A stretch of DNA of 64,000 bases from contig JBHGNT010000015.1 of the NCBI GenBank assembly GCA_043228905.1, positions 17,298,001 through 17,362,000 of the forward strand. The letters are read 5' to 3'. Both the position numbers and the translations under genes were made by a program. Source of the DNA: Azolla caroliniana. Its lineage: Eukaryota; Plantae; Polypodiophyta. Under the pieces are notes generated by a model. The model ran no database searches. It had not been told where the DNA came from and worked only from the letters and a program-made list of their open reading frames with translations. Each line of letters begins with the position of its first letter. Within the stretch, counting starts at the first letter, position 1. This document shows positions 22,901 to 34,233 of this stretch, one piece after another.

Positions 22901-23443
22901 AGTTCGGTAACCGGGTACATGCCGACGGAGCTCATGTTCGGCCAGACGCCGATCATGCCGATTGAACGGACGATCTCCTCGTGGGCAACGGTCGACTGGA
23001 GGGACGAGATGAGCCGGGAGGAGTTGTTGGTCGCACGTATACGACAGCTCGAGCGGAGGCCGGAGGACGTGGCACTGGCTACGGAGAAGCTCCGGGTGGC
23101 GAGGACAAAGAACAAAGCCCGGTTCGACCGAACGCACCGGCTACGACCGAAGAAAATCGAAGAAGGTGACTGGGTGCTCGTCTACGACAGCAGCCTCGAC
23201 AACCAGCACCGAGCCACACGGAAGTTCGCACGAAGGTGGTTCGGGCCTTACGTGGTACGGAGCGCCAATGACAATGGGACATATCACCTGGCGGAACTTG
23301 ACGGCACGAGAATGGCGATACCGGTTGCAGGGAAGCGGATCAAAGCGTTCAAGAAGCGACACGACGACGAGCCAGACCCGGCTCTCCTGGTCGGTAGTGA
23401 CGAACGATCCGAAAATGAAGAAGAACCGACGGGCGAGGAATGA
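19952..23443 (+). CDS. pol: G1 ORF2: RT, RNase H, integrase; probably reached by -1 frameshift
   Basis: The -1 frame is open from the slippery site to TGA at 23443. Motifs PKKNGSLRFIQDL, DLYSGY, LPQG, FLDD, VDTSPTGIG, H..GH..C..C, YNPEANGKVER, W.GPY. No chromodomain. Confidence 0.93.
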   Translation, partial: LERAAKAWGRDSPDTPGKPHTCTIKPKKPCTIGREFLFSDNGACAMVGIAGREKTKTEARLRACGVLGPDEEINGAVEAVSFDDTLGMLGKVVEEGLNDDRTIPVCSEEMYEVIADFGRGLESVRTAHVNTKYKTVDRKVRPVAAPLPEDSASRIKGVASDPSLRDPACIGHTFIDETLRELKIGGGGFLLPAEEDRFRRMLGRHGKAFAFSPEEIGCVDPTIVEPMVIFTVPHVPWNLKPIPVPRAHIPKLMELLRQKVDMGILEPSSAPYSNRWFTVPKKNGSLRFIQDLQPVNRVTIRNAGIGPTIDEFAEAFAGRSIYSVGDLYSGYDQFQLAVESRDLTTMRTPLGLVRMCTLPQGGTNSVAHMVNAMNKVLRDCVPDITMPFLDDIPIKGCPVEEKDETIGPDGCRRFVATHVDDCEKVLQRLEDARLTFSGEKSAFGQSEIMVVGHLCGPYGRKPSPAKVEAISAMKPDCSSVTEVRRFLGACAFYHIWIPHYAHVAEPLYGLLKKGRRFEWLDKHAESVRKLKEALAAAPALRKAVYGKGTPVFITVDTSPTGIGWVVNQEDEDGNRFPIRFGAKVLSERQRGYAQVKRELWGIVSAVKADKDYLIGTEVIIETDCLPILGMVSGCATPDLAMLRWIAYIKSLDPEIRHISGKDNAMADMLSRARFDDEGGMVSEDEEVGVDFFEAAYITTDGMSTPALNEFDASKYDGEWLQIGGFLKTMTPDASWTKDEANRIRKKAYRFFLRDGHLWKHPKKRDGVPLRVVAMKEEQEELLTAYHDSPWAGHRGTWATFEKLKGKYWWPGQYRDVHRFVTTCGSCQMHSIVRHRDELHPTYPPTIHFKWMVDLVTMPMGVGQMRYLVLAREDLTNQVEGRALPNKTTAAVCRFLIEDVICRYGCVGKIVADRGELDAEEAAELFDRLGVQLSLTTAYNPEANGKVERGHGPIVKALVRACGGRAGDWPRLLPYALWADRTTHSSVTGYMPTELMFGQTPIMPIERTISSWATVDWRDEMSREELLVARIRQLERRPEDVALATEKLRVARTKNKARFDRTHRLRPKKIEEGDWVLVYDSSLDNQHRATRKFARRWFGPYVVRSANDNGTYHLAELDGTRMAIPVAGKRIKAFKKRHDDEPDPALLVGSDERSENEEEPTGEE

Positions 23444-23501
23444 AGACGGGCCGGTTTTCTCCGTCCCAACTCTCTTGGCGCATACCGGAGGATGCGCGGT
23501 T

Positions 23502-23514
23502 AGGTGGGGGCGGA
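23502..23514 (+). promoter_or_regulatory. Polypurine tract of G1
   Basis: AGGTGGGGGCGGA directly before the 3' LTR; the same sequence precedes the G2 3' LTR. Confidence 0.8.
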
Positions 23515-24313
23515 TGTCGTGAAGAAAACCGTCCATAGGCGGAATCGGCGCACCAAGGCGTGGGAACCGGTTCTTCACGCACGCACGCTCCGAGTTGTAC
23601 ATAGAAACGAATTGAGAGGATAATCGGCAGGAACGGGCCCTAACTCAAGTGGAGACAAAGACCGCGCGAACAGTCTTTTCGGTCGCGCGCGCGAACTGTA
23701 CGAGTCGGCGGCGTAACTACGCGGATCCGTGAAAAACGGAGCGGATCCCTGTCCAAAAGGGACAGGGAATAAAGCTGACACGACGGCCTGTTCGTCGGCC
23801 TATATAAGGAGCGGGAAAGAGCTGTTGCAGGGATCTGGCGCGGAGAGGACGAAGTGCTGTCGGACCGTTTCTGGACGCTTCGCTCCCTCTGTTTCCTTCC
23901 TTCTTGAGCTCCAAAGCTTTCTGTGCAGGGTTCCGGGGAGGCTCGCGCTGTTTCGAGGAACGCCCGAGTGCTTCCGGCAGCACCTCCGACCTGCTACCCC
24001 CCCCCATTTCCCCGTTTGTGCGTCGAAGCGAACAGGCATCGGCATCTGTTCGCCGGCCTGTTCGGTTGCAACCAACCTGTGCCCCATCGGGGGTTGTAGT
24101 CGTGTTAGCCATTTTGTTAATACACATATTTAGTCATTCGCATCCGTCTGTGTCGGTGTCTGTTCGCGTTCTCCGTGCTGAAGGGCCGTGTCCCTGCGTA
24201 TCCCCGGTCCTGCGTAGCCGGTTCTCTCTCTTTCTCCTCCCTCGCTTGCTCTTTGGTTCGAGACCCCCGCGGTCCCGCCTCTATTCCACACGCACTTGCG
24301 TAATATCTCGACA
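23515..24313 (+). repeat. 3' LTR of G1
   Basis: Near-identical direct repeat of 16986-17784. Confidence 0.96.
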
Positions 24314-24446
24314 ACGCGTAGTTGGTTCTGTTGAGCTTCTTTGTTGGAAGCGAGCTCACCATGCCTCTATCCATCGTTCTTCTTGTTCTTCTTCGTCAAG
24401 TTGTGTCGGCTGCAGAGAGGTTCTCAACCCTCGCACTCTGATACCA

Positions 24447-24831
24447 TGTAAAAAGTAGCGTGCGGAAGCAGGTATGAAGACAGAACAGAGGAAGGAAACT
24501 CAGGTTCAATGGAGAGCTTAGGCTTACACGGTATACGTGGGAGAGACAGGGAGAGAAACACAAAAAACTATATTCAACAATAATACTCAGTCTGTACATA
24601 AGACGTGCTCAGTGAGCACTTTTATACAAGTCCTAAAAGGACTGACCGAAGTACTGACAGTACTTCAATGCTCATCAAGAGCTCCTACACTAAATCCCAA
24701 ATATATTCCTCACGGAATATCTTTCCTAACGACCTCCCGGTTTACGCACTCGGCCTAATCGATCAGTCCCAACCGATCCGGTTCTCGGCTTCTTCAGCCG
24801 ATCCGGCCGATGTTAAGCTTGTCTCTCAACA
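24447..24831 (-). repeat. 5' LTR of copia C
   Basis: Direct repeat of 11690-12074, adjacent to the Met PBS at 24435-24446. Confidence 0.95.
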
Positions 24832-24836
24832 CAGCC

Positions 24837-25526
24837 GTTTCCCCTTTCATGCTATTGTTGTTGAGCGTTGCTCGGATGGGCCGGCGTAATGCTGCCAGAA
24901 ATGTTTCTCGAGCCTCGTCCTCCGCGGGGCTTCGTTCCAGTTTCCATCGTAAATTTTGGAAACGTAAGTTGAAGTCTGCTATCGTCTCGATCGGCAGTTG
25001 CTTAATTGTATAAAACTGCCCGAGAATTTCGCGTTGTGGAACCCTCCGATGGAAGAACCGTAAGAAAGCGGACTGTAGCTGATCGAAGGTTGTTATGGCT
25101 GGTAAATCCATCTGTGAATGCCAAAAAGCCGCACACCCATCTAATGTTAATCCGAACTCCGTCATTTTCGACTGGTGTGCCACCGCCTCGAAGAGGCTCT
25201 GCGCATTCCAGACATTCAGGAACATGCGAATATGAGTTGCGGCGTCGGTTTTGCCGTTAAAGCGGGGTAGGCAAAGGCCATAGTGGGAGCTACGACGGGT
25301 TGGGAAAGACCACAAGGTGGCTGTGGTGAGCATGGTCTCCACGTCTCGTCGAGGTGTTGGAAGAGCGACGAATCCCCTTTATAATCACGGGAGGTAGTAC
25401 TGAAGTCGCTGAGGCGCGGCTTTTGCCGTGCGTGTTCTTCTGCCTAGCGTGTGAGAGACCTTGTGATTGGCCGGTCTTGTCGTGTGGGTTCCCTGGGGCG
25501 TCTGTGGCTAAACATCCATTCGTCAT
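24837..25526 (-). pseudogene. Element B gag N-terminus
   Basis: LPRFNGKTDAATHIRMF...FGLTLDG..A.W..F..L...FL..F retrotransposon gag pattern; similar to 46487-46954. Confidence 0.85.
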
Positions 25527-25548
25527 TGTTCATCTGTGAGAAAACACA

Positions 25549-25565
25549 GATCACCGGGTGTGCCA
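25549..25565 (-). promoter_or_regulatory. Probable PBS of element B (tRNA-Arg-like, degenerate)
   Basis: Minus strand TGGCACACCCGGTGATC, 4 nt from the LTR; resembles the TGGCACGCCC type of Arg PBS. The tRNA identity is tentative. Confidence 0.55.
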
Positions 25566-25569
25566 AAAG

Positions 25570-26011
25570 TGTTGCCGATTAGGAACACGGTCCGCGGTCA
25601 GTCCGTCGACCTAGACCTAAAAGTGGGTGTTGAACAACGAACAGGTGTTTAAGCGTAATGCATAGGGGAAGAATCCCTGTAACCTATCAGTGCATAAGGG
25701 AGACGACTACAACTGAATCCCTATCACGGGTTACACTTACGTACTTACACGCTTAGGTATTCAAGACACACACACAGTGAATTAGCCGTAGCTATACACA
25801 TGAAATCAAAGAAGATAGAATTCTATTATCAGGCGTTTCTTTACATTCCCCAAAATTACACGCACCTCTATCAGAGGTTTTCTGCCCTTTATATACGTAG
25901 GGTCTATTTAGCCGTTCACGCTTCTTGCGTGAACCGTTACATGCGTTATGCTCTTATATAATTTCTTATTCCTACGCTTTTGTCTGTCGGTTACTATTCA
26001 GGCGGACAACA
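25570..26011 (-). repeat. 5' LTR of element B
   Basis: TGTTGCC...GGACAACA; homologous along its length to 58694-59099. Confidence 0.9.
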
Positions 26012-29000
26012 GTGAGATACAAAAAGTATTTTCTGTTGTAACCGCCGGTTGGCAAAGGTATAGAGCTCGACGTCGTTGCCTCCGAGTCTCTCGTTGTAAC
26101 CTTTTTCTTCTCATAGTGATAGTTGGAGTCTGTGGGTTCCCATGGTTTTTCCCTATTAGGGTTTTCCACGTAAACATCTAGTGTCATCTCATATTGTGTA
26201 AGTGCATTAATCGTATTTCTGTTTTATGCTTTCTTCCATTAAGTGATTGAGACTCGGTTGTGGCTGAGCACTATTCCACACAAACTGGTATTAGAGCAAG
26301 GTTCTAAACCTTAAAGAAAATGGAAGCGTCATTCAGAAGCATGTTCAAGCTCACCGGCTCCAACTACCTAGTGTGAAAGTTGAAGATGAGGGACATTCTC
26401 GTGGTCAAAGATCTTAGGCTGCTGGTACAGTTCAGGGACAAGAAACCGGACAAGACGTGGCCATGACGTGGGAGGTGATGCACATGAAGACGACGACATA
26501 CATCCCGTGCTTCATCGACATGAGCCTATAAAACAATTTTAATGAAGAAAGTAAGGCACACAGGCTTTGGGAGAAAATCGGCACCATGTTGGAGAGCAAG
26601 AACGTCGTAAATCGGGTTTTGGTATTCCAGAAGTTAGTGAGACTCCGGTACCAAGGCGGATGAGGATCCAACATGGTGGAGCACATGAATGCATTCCAGG
26701 GGCTCATAAATCAAACAACCTTGGTGGAAGTACCTCTAGCCGAAGAGGTACTTGCGTTGCTCCTACTCGGTTCCCTCTCGGATACTTTGGGCAACGCCGG
26801 GCCAGAGGAAAACAATTGTCCCTGGCAAGGGTAAAATCAAGCTTGCCAGAAGGACCGAGAGTTCAGAACTGATCTGAAGGCCTTGGTCACGGAAGATGAC
26901 AATAACCGGGGAAGAGGCCGAAATCAGAGTCCCCAGAACCGGGACAAATCGGGGACGAGGTCGAAGTCAAGGGGGAGGCCCACATGCTTTCATTGCGGAA
27001 TGCCGGGGCACTTCCCGAAGAATTGCCGAGACTTCCAGAAAACCAAAGGGGGATCTGACATTCTGGAACCAAAGAAGATTTCAGACAGGAGAGGAATGTC
27101 AACGATCGAGACAAGTGAAGAAGAACTGTTGCTAATCACCGAGGAGAGTGAGTTGCATCTTGTCAACAACAAAATGACATGGGTGGTGGACTCTAGAGCG
27201 CAGAAGTGCTTCTTATCGTACAAAGCCAGAGATCATGGTTCTGTCCGGATGGGTAATGAAGGTGCATGCCAAATTTTCGGCATATGAGACGTGTGGTTGA
27301 TGACGTCAACCAGGTGCAAGTTGCTGCTGAAGGATGTTCGACACGTTCCGGAGGTTCGGTTGAACCTGATATCAGCCGGTCAGCTAGATGATGAAGGCCA
27401 CACGGGTAGCATCTAGAACGGAATCATGATGTTTTGCAAAGGAAATGTGATTGTGGCTTGAGCCCGAAAGATCAACACGTTGTACCTGATGCATGCCTGG
27501 ATTTGCCGAGAAGAAGTGAATGTGGCATCCGACAATGCCGGTGAACTGTGGCACAAGAGGTTGTGCCACATGAGCCAGAAAGGGATGCAGAGACTTGCCG
27601 AGGATAACCTCATTCCGGAAGTGAAAGACGTGCAACTTGAGAAGTGCATCGACTTTTTAACCGACAAGCAAAACCGAACCTCCTTTCGGACAAGACCACC
27701 GATGAGATGGAATGCACCGTTGGAACTTGGGCATACCGATGTATGCCAAGTGGACATGAAGTCAAATGCTGGATTGCAATACTTCGTGACATTCATAGAC
27801 GACCACAACTGGAAGCTGTGGGTCTCACCGCTTAAGACGAAGGAACATGTATTATCCGTCTTCAAGGAATACCATGCGAGATTGGAAAGGGAAACTGGCC
27901 GGAAGCTGAAAGTGGTTCGAGCGGACAACGGAAGAGAATTTCGGGGGTAGTTCAAGGAGTACTGCTGGTCGAAGGGAATCTGGCTCGAATTCACCATGCC
28001 GAAGACACCAGAGCTGAATGGATTGGCCGAAAGGATGAACCAGACCGTGATGGAGAGAGTCTGCAGCATGTTGGCACATGCTAAGCTACCCATGACATTT
28101 TAGGCTGAGGTGCTAATGATAGCGATGTACGTGATAAACAGATCACCCTTAGCACCCTTGGACGGAGACACACCACAAAGATTATGGACTGGTAAAGACT
28201 TCTCTTACCGGCATTTGAGGGTGTTTGGTTGTCTTGCGTACGTGCATGTTGCGAAGGACAAGAGAGAAAACTTGGATCCGAAGTCCTGGCCATGCATATT
28301 CCTTGGATATGGCGATGATGAGTTCGGGTACCGAATGTGGGATTTGTTCAACAAGAAGGTCTTCCAGAGTCGAGACATAGTCTTCATGGAAGACAAGAAC
28401 ATTGCCGACTGGGAGTCAGAGAAGAAGATAGTGGACTACGGGTTGACCGACAGAGATTGGTCGAAAGACACAAGGACCCATCCAGCCGGAAGCCGGATGA
28501 CACTCGAAGAACCGGCCTGATGACAAGAAACCGAACCGGAGAAGACCCGGAATCGGACACTGGAACCAGACAAGACCCCGAATCGGATTCAGATGAAGAA
28601 CAAATGGAGGAGCCGGTGGCCGAAGACCAAGGAAGAAGATATCCCCTTAGCGAGAGAAGAGCCCCTGGAGATTTCTGGATGTAGAGCATGTGTTGCTGAT
28701 CGACGAGGGGGAGCCGGAAAGTTTCGAAGAAGCCAAGAGAGACATGCACAACCGCAAGTGGTAAAGTGCCATGCAAGATGAGATGGATTCCCGACATGAG
28801 AACCACACATATGAATTGATGGAGTTGCCAAAAGGAAAGAGATCACTCCGGAACAAGTGGGTGTGCAAACTGAAACCAGGAGACACTGGAAATCCACCAA
28901 GATACAAAGCCTAGATAGTGGTGAAGGGGTTCCAATAGAAAAAGGGAGTGGATTTCGACGAGATCTTTGCCCCGGTACTCAAGATGTCAGCCATCCGGAC

Positions 29001-29461
29001 CGTGTTAAGCATAGCGGCAAACATAGACCTTGATGTAAAGCAACTAGAAGTCAAGACGACGTTCCTACTTGGAGACCTCGATGAAGGGATCTACATGCAA
29101 CAACCAGAGGGATTCGTGAAGAAAGGGAAGGAGCACCTGGTGTGCCGGTTGAAGAAGAGCTTATCTAGACTAAATAAAGCTCCCCGGAAATGGTACCGAA
29201 AGTTTGACTCCTTCATGACCGACCAAGGATACCACAAGACGTAGACCGACCACTGCGTATTGTGGCTGTCACAGGAGAAGTACGTGACAAAGGTACTTCA
29301 AAGGTTCAACATGTTGGATGCTAAGCCGGTCGGGTCGACACTTCTGGCAACTTTGATGATGAAAATCCATATAGAGGAGAACGGGTCGGACATGCTGACC
29401 AAGGTGCCGTCAGTCGACAAGCTGGACGTGTGTAGGAGACGAATCGGATTGACAAGACATT
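26012..29461 (+). mobile_element. Degenerate Ty1/copia D, same family as A; 5' LTR interrupted by B, 3' end lost
   Basis: LTR remnant 26012-26282, PBS TGGTATTAGAGC 26286-26297, and gag-PR-INT-RT fragments collinear with A (RPPMR.NAPLEL.HTDVCQVDMKS). Many stops; internal deletions near 29260 and 29355. Confidence 0.92.
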
Positions 29462-29690
29462 TGCAACTTTGATTCTATTTCGATTCTAGTTGTGAGAGAA
29501 TTATCTAGTTTGTGTTTCCATGAGTTTATAAATGCACACATATCCTCTTCTTCTTGCATCTTTAAAATTACTAATGAGTTTAGAGTCATGACTTTCGAAT
29601 TAGTTCTTCAAGTCGATCCACATGGCGTTTGCAGTGCAACAATTTCTGATCGTGTTGGCTTGCTGGTCTTCCAAATTCGACATGATTTCT
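29462..29690 (-). pseudogene. copia-type gag fragment
   Basis: Minus-strand translation gives IRNCCTANAMWIDLKN and KMQEEEDMCAFI, resembling copia gag. Confidence 0.5.
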
Positions 29691-29724
29691 AGGTTTGTTG
29701 CTAGATCTTTTTCTTCCCATGCAG

Positions 29725-32700
29725 GGTAGTTTGGTTTTGACGTGTTGAGTTGTGTCTTTGTGCCCTCAACTACTGGCCAAAACGGTATTCAAAGAAGGAA
29801 CTTGAGGAAACATCACCGAAATATACACTCAAGCCAATTCAAGTGGCTAGGGTTGGAACGTAGACGACGATGTGATGCCTAATCTCAAGAGATTATTGAG
29901 AAAGTGGATTCATTTTGGGCAAAAAATACCCGTGTCTCGCCAAATAAGAAGGACATGTGTAGACAACGAATAAGTCAGGGTAAGTACCAGATTCACCCTA
30001 GACACTTCTTGGAGATGATAGAGGTATTCCATTTTTTTATATCAATTCACATTTCATAAATTTTTGTTTTGACCAAGTGTATATTAATGTTTGCTATATA
30101 TATTGGTTGATGTAGGCTGAATTGTACATGAACTTTAAAGACCAACATCCAAGCTTGACTGTTGGATTCCGCAAGTTCCAAGGTTTGAAACCATATTATG
30201 TTAGAAAATTAAATGAGAGGAATACATGTTGTTATGTGTACCACGTGAAGATGGACATGTTAAGGCTTGGAGTGAATGCAATGCGTACTGATTCTAAGGG
30301 TATACACGGGAAATTATGTGTTTGCACTTGGGAGGTTTGTAGACCAAATGGGGAGGATAATAGGTGTAATGCACGAAACATGACTTATGCATCCGTTTCT
30401 AAGTTATGGAGGTCTTGTGTTTGTGAAAAAGAGCCATCATGTGAGTGGCATCGTCGTACACGTCTTTTAAGAACATGTAAGGTTTGTCTGCTACCATTAT
30501 TTTCTAGGCAGGAGCATGATTTGGGAAACAGACATATTGTGAAGTGGAAATATTTAGAGAATGTGACTGAAAGTATTGGCAAGGGACTTGTAACTAAGCG
30601 TATCAAGGAAGTATATAAGGAGACATGTGCTGCTACCCTTGTCTCAGAATTTAAGAAACAACTTGGGGAGTTCATTCCACATAACTTTCGGAGTTATTGG
30701 CAAAATTCACAGTTCAAGGAATGTATTAATAACTTACCAACGGGTGTCATCATATTCGTTGTTATTGACTTTGCAGAAAACTATACATTTAAAGTTGAAA
30801 ATGAGGTTCAATCAATGCATTGGTACAATGATCAATGTACAATATACATATTTTCTATTGGAGACAAGACAGTGAGTTACATAAGAAATTAATATTTTAC
30901 ATTTCAGATGATAAAAAGCATGATACACTATTTGTTCAACATTGTTTTAAGCTTCACCATGTAGATTTATTGTCTCTAGGGTTTAGCTTTAACCGTCATT
31001 GGGTTTGGTCTAATGGTGCTGCCTCGTAGTTTAAGGCGGCACGATCGTTCTACTTTATCGCCAGGTAATTTTTAATCCATATGTTTAGTACTTATAATGC
31101 AATGTCTAAGGAAGAAATTCTTGTGTTAGTGCATGCATACTAATTATGTTTGTAACTATTCAAATACAGTACTATTCAAATGGATGCATGCATACTAATT
31201 ATGTTTGTAACTATGTTAAGTGTTCTTGATTGATCACATAGTACCATCCTGTCACATGAATCTGTGTTTATTATCTTTTAATCCATGTGAAGTGTTCTCC
31301 ATAGACACATTGTACTATGTTGTGTGTTGTATTTGTACTAAATTAGTATTTATTGAAGGATGTAAAGTACTCGTTTTGTACTCATAGTATTGGCCATTCT
31401 GAAGAGTTTGTATTAAGTATCTTTTAGTCCATGTTGAGTGCTCTCCATGGACACATTGTATTGTATTGTGTGTTGTATCTGTACTAAATCAGTATTTATT
31501 GAAGGATGTAAAGTACTTCTTTTGTACTCATAGTATTGTCCGTTCTTAAGAGTTTGTACTAATTATCTTTTAATCCATGTTGAGTGTTCTCCATGGACAC
31601 ACTATATTGTACCGTGTGTTGTATCTATACTAAATCAGTATTTATTGAAGGATGTAAAGTACATGCCTTGTACTCATAGTACTGTCCTATATTGAAGAGT
31701 TTGTACTAATTATCTTTTAATCCATGTTGAGTGTTCTCCATGGACACATTGTATTGTACTGTGTGTTGTATCTGTAATATATAAGTATTTATTGAAGGAT
31801 GTAAAGTACATGTCTTGTACTCATAGTACTGTCATATATTGAAGAGTTTGTACTAATTATCTTTTAATCCATGTTGTGTTCTCCATGGACACATTGTACT
31901 GTGTTGTGTATTTTATCTGTACTAAATCAGTATTAATGGATGCTAAGTACTGTTGGTTGACAACATAGTACTATTTATCTTTTAATTAGTGTAGAGTGTT
32001 CTCCATGGATACGTTGTGCTATGCTTTGTTTTATATTTGTACTAAATCAGTATTAATGGATGTATAGTACTCTCGATTGACAACATAGTACTAATGTTTG
32101 TTGGAAACCTAGGATACAAAAGCAGGTACTTCTCCTTATTCAACATTCGTATGCAATGGAACTACTTCGGGTCTGGACATGGAAAAGGAGAGCATGATGG
32201 CGCGGGGGCTGTGATCAAACGTGCCCTTACAAGTGAGCAGTTGGATAATAATGGTGCTAAGTTACAAAATGCACATAATGTTGTGGAGTGGCTAACATGG
32301 AAGATGTCAAATGATGGTAAGAACAGATTGTTTGTTGAGGTTCGCATTGATGAGGTCGATAGAACTAAATCATATGGTTGTAAAACCGTGAAAGGCACAC
32401 GAAGCACCCATTGTGTATTAGGGTTTAGCTGCAAGGACACAACACAATTGTTACTCCGTACTTTATCATTCTTTTGTTCCATGTGTATAGATGAATCTTG
32501 GGATAAATGCATCAACCTATCAATCGTGGAGCCTTGGAAGCTACAGAAGCTTGAGCCTGAACGACAAGATGATATTGAAGAGGATGCACATTCAAACGAT
32601 ATTGTATACTACAACCAACATCAAGACTTGGCAGTTTTATTGGAAGTTGGAGATCATTTTGCGTTGCTCAAATCTCCTCAGAATGAAGATTTAGAAGACT

Positions 32701-33011
32701 ACTACATTGTGGTGTGCAAGCAAGGAAAGAAATTATTGAAAGAAGTGGTGAGGGATGGATGGGGCAACATGTTCAATGTTGGTGAGTCTGTCGTGTATGG
32801 AAACTATTATGCAAAGTTCCCGCAATGCAAGAACACATATGCATTACTAAAAGATGCACCCATCGCAATAATCTACATTGCTGCCATTCTTGCGATCAAG
32901 TTCAATATGACTCAAGCAAAGCACAAGGTTAAGGGATACAACACTGTCTACAAGGTCCCCCAAGAGGTTCATGAGCACATATTAGGGGAGGTCTCTCTGT
33001 TTAATGCTTGA
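29725..33011 (+). pseudogene. Intron-containing DNA transposase pseudogene, Sola2-like
   Basis: Exons about 29725-30023, 30116-31064 and 32126-33011, joined in frame by GT-AG introns 30024-30115 and 31065-32125. Motifs RVSPNKKD, RNTCC..H, VIDFAENY, QSMHW, SDDKKHD, WS(N)GAAS*FK, WNYFGSGHGKGEHDG, C..C. Superfamily call is from motif memory. Confidence 0.65.
31272..32093. repeat. 146-147-bp tandem repeat in transposase intron 2
   Basis: TATCTTTTA starts at 31272, 31418, 31564, 31711, 31858 and about 31976; four full units and two shorter ones of about 118 bp. Confidence 0.92.
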
Positions 33012-33489
33012 AAGTTACCCTATTAATACATTGTAGTTGGCAACTCAAAAACATCCGCTTGTAGTTCACTATTTGATGTATCGATATATTATTTTTGATG
33101 ATTGACAAATGAATCGATATATTTCGTCTTTCTTCTAAAGTGTTTAGAGTATTTATTGAGCTTCTTTTGAAAGTGTTCATGGTAATTATAGAGTTGCTTG
33201 TTTCTATGGTTTAGGGTGTGAAGTCTTCAATACTTAGTAGCATCAATATGGCCCAAACTTATTCAACTATCAATACCAGTAGTCTAATCCCTATTGTGTT
33301 AAGTCTCTATTCGACTCTGACTATGTGCAGTCAAGGAGACCATACTTTGCAAGTATCAATATACATATTAGTTTAGTACTAATGTCAATTGTAAGTGTTC
33401 ACTAATACATAGTAGTCTCCCGAAGTATCTCAGTTAGACGGATACATACATCTTATTTTAGTACTAATATGAATGTCAAATTGTTCCCT

Positions 33490-34233
33490 ATTACATTCAT
33501 GGCTGCATGACAATTGAAAATAGAATACATTCTCATTCTCTACAATTAGCAATATAGAATTTCACATTACACTACAACACTACAACACTAGATGAGTGAT
33601 TTGATCTTCACAACATTTCACAGGGGCAATTTAGACAGTACGCTAGTAACAGTTCAATTGTAGTTCAACACAATCATGGCTGCATGACAATTAACAATAG
33701 AATACATTCTGATTCTCTACAATTGGCAATATAGAATTTCACATTACGTTAACAACACTAGATGAGTGAACCAGAGTTAGTACAACATTTCACATTAGCA
33801 ATTTAGACAGTATTTTCGTATACCAAATAGTTCAAGTTCAGACATCACTAACAGTTCAGCTATAGTTCAAGTACAATTGAAAGACAATCATGCACCATTT
33901 CACAATTTCGCCAATCTTGTAATGCGCTTGTTATTGGTGCCAGTTTTTTGTGATTTTACATTCTTCTTTATCTTAAAGCCTTTAGGTATCCGCTTACTAA
34001 GTGACACTTCATCATCTCACATTAGCAATTTAGACAGTATTTTGGTATACCAAATAGTTCAAGTTTAGAAATCACTAACAGTTCAGCTATAGTTCAAGTA
34101 CAATCAAAAGACAATCAGGCACCATTTCACAATTTCGCCGATCTTGTAATGCGCTTGTTATTGGTGCCAATTTTTTGTGATTTTACATTCTTCTTTATCT
34201 TAAAGCCGTATCAGCTTACTAAGTGGCACTTCA
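33490..34233. repeat. Two adjacent local duplications (about 180 bp and about 225 bp)
   Basis: TCATGGCTGCATGACAATT near 33497 and 33674; CACATTAGCAATTTAGACAGTATTTT near 33791 and 34018. Confidence 0.8.

Larger units (their letters stand above)
16986..24313 (+). mobile_element. Ty3/gypsy element G1 (non-chromovirus, Phygy/Selgy-like), young and apparently intact; 4-bp TSD ACGC
   Basis: 799-bp LTRs at 16986-17784 and 23515-24313 with one mismatch found by eye. ACGC at 16982-16985 and 24314-24317; removing the element restores the copia gag frame. Two uninterrupted ORFs. Confidence 0.97.
11690..24831 (-). mobile_element. Ty1/copia element C, full length, with 5-bp TSD CAGCC; hosts gypsy G1
   Basis: 385-bp LTRs at 11690-12074 and 24447-24831 (about 13 mismatches by eye). 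CAGCC at 11685-11689 and 24832-24836. PBS TGGTATCAGAGT at 24435-24446 and PPT TTGAGGGGGAG at 12075-12085. Confidence 0.96.
4380..26011 (-). mobile_element. Ty3/gypsy non-chromovirus (Athila-like) element B, interrupted by copia C and copia A
   Basis: 5' LTR 25570-26011, PBS, then gag (25526-24837) which rejoins 11684 across the copia C insertion as SMKGETA|DMVIERALQ. PR-RT-RH-INT run to 7251, followed by an extra 3' coding region. Confidence 0.9.

Noticed and set aside
17984-23602. Long antisense and alternate-frame ORFs over G1 (and G2)
   Set aside because: Shadow ORFs of GC-rich coding sequence, with no independent domain motifs.
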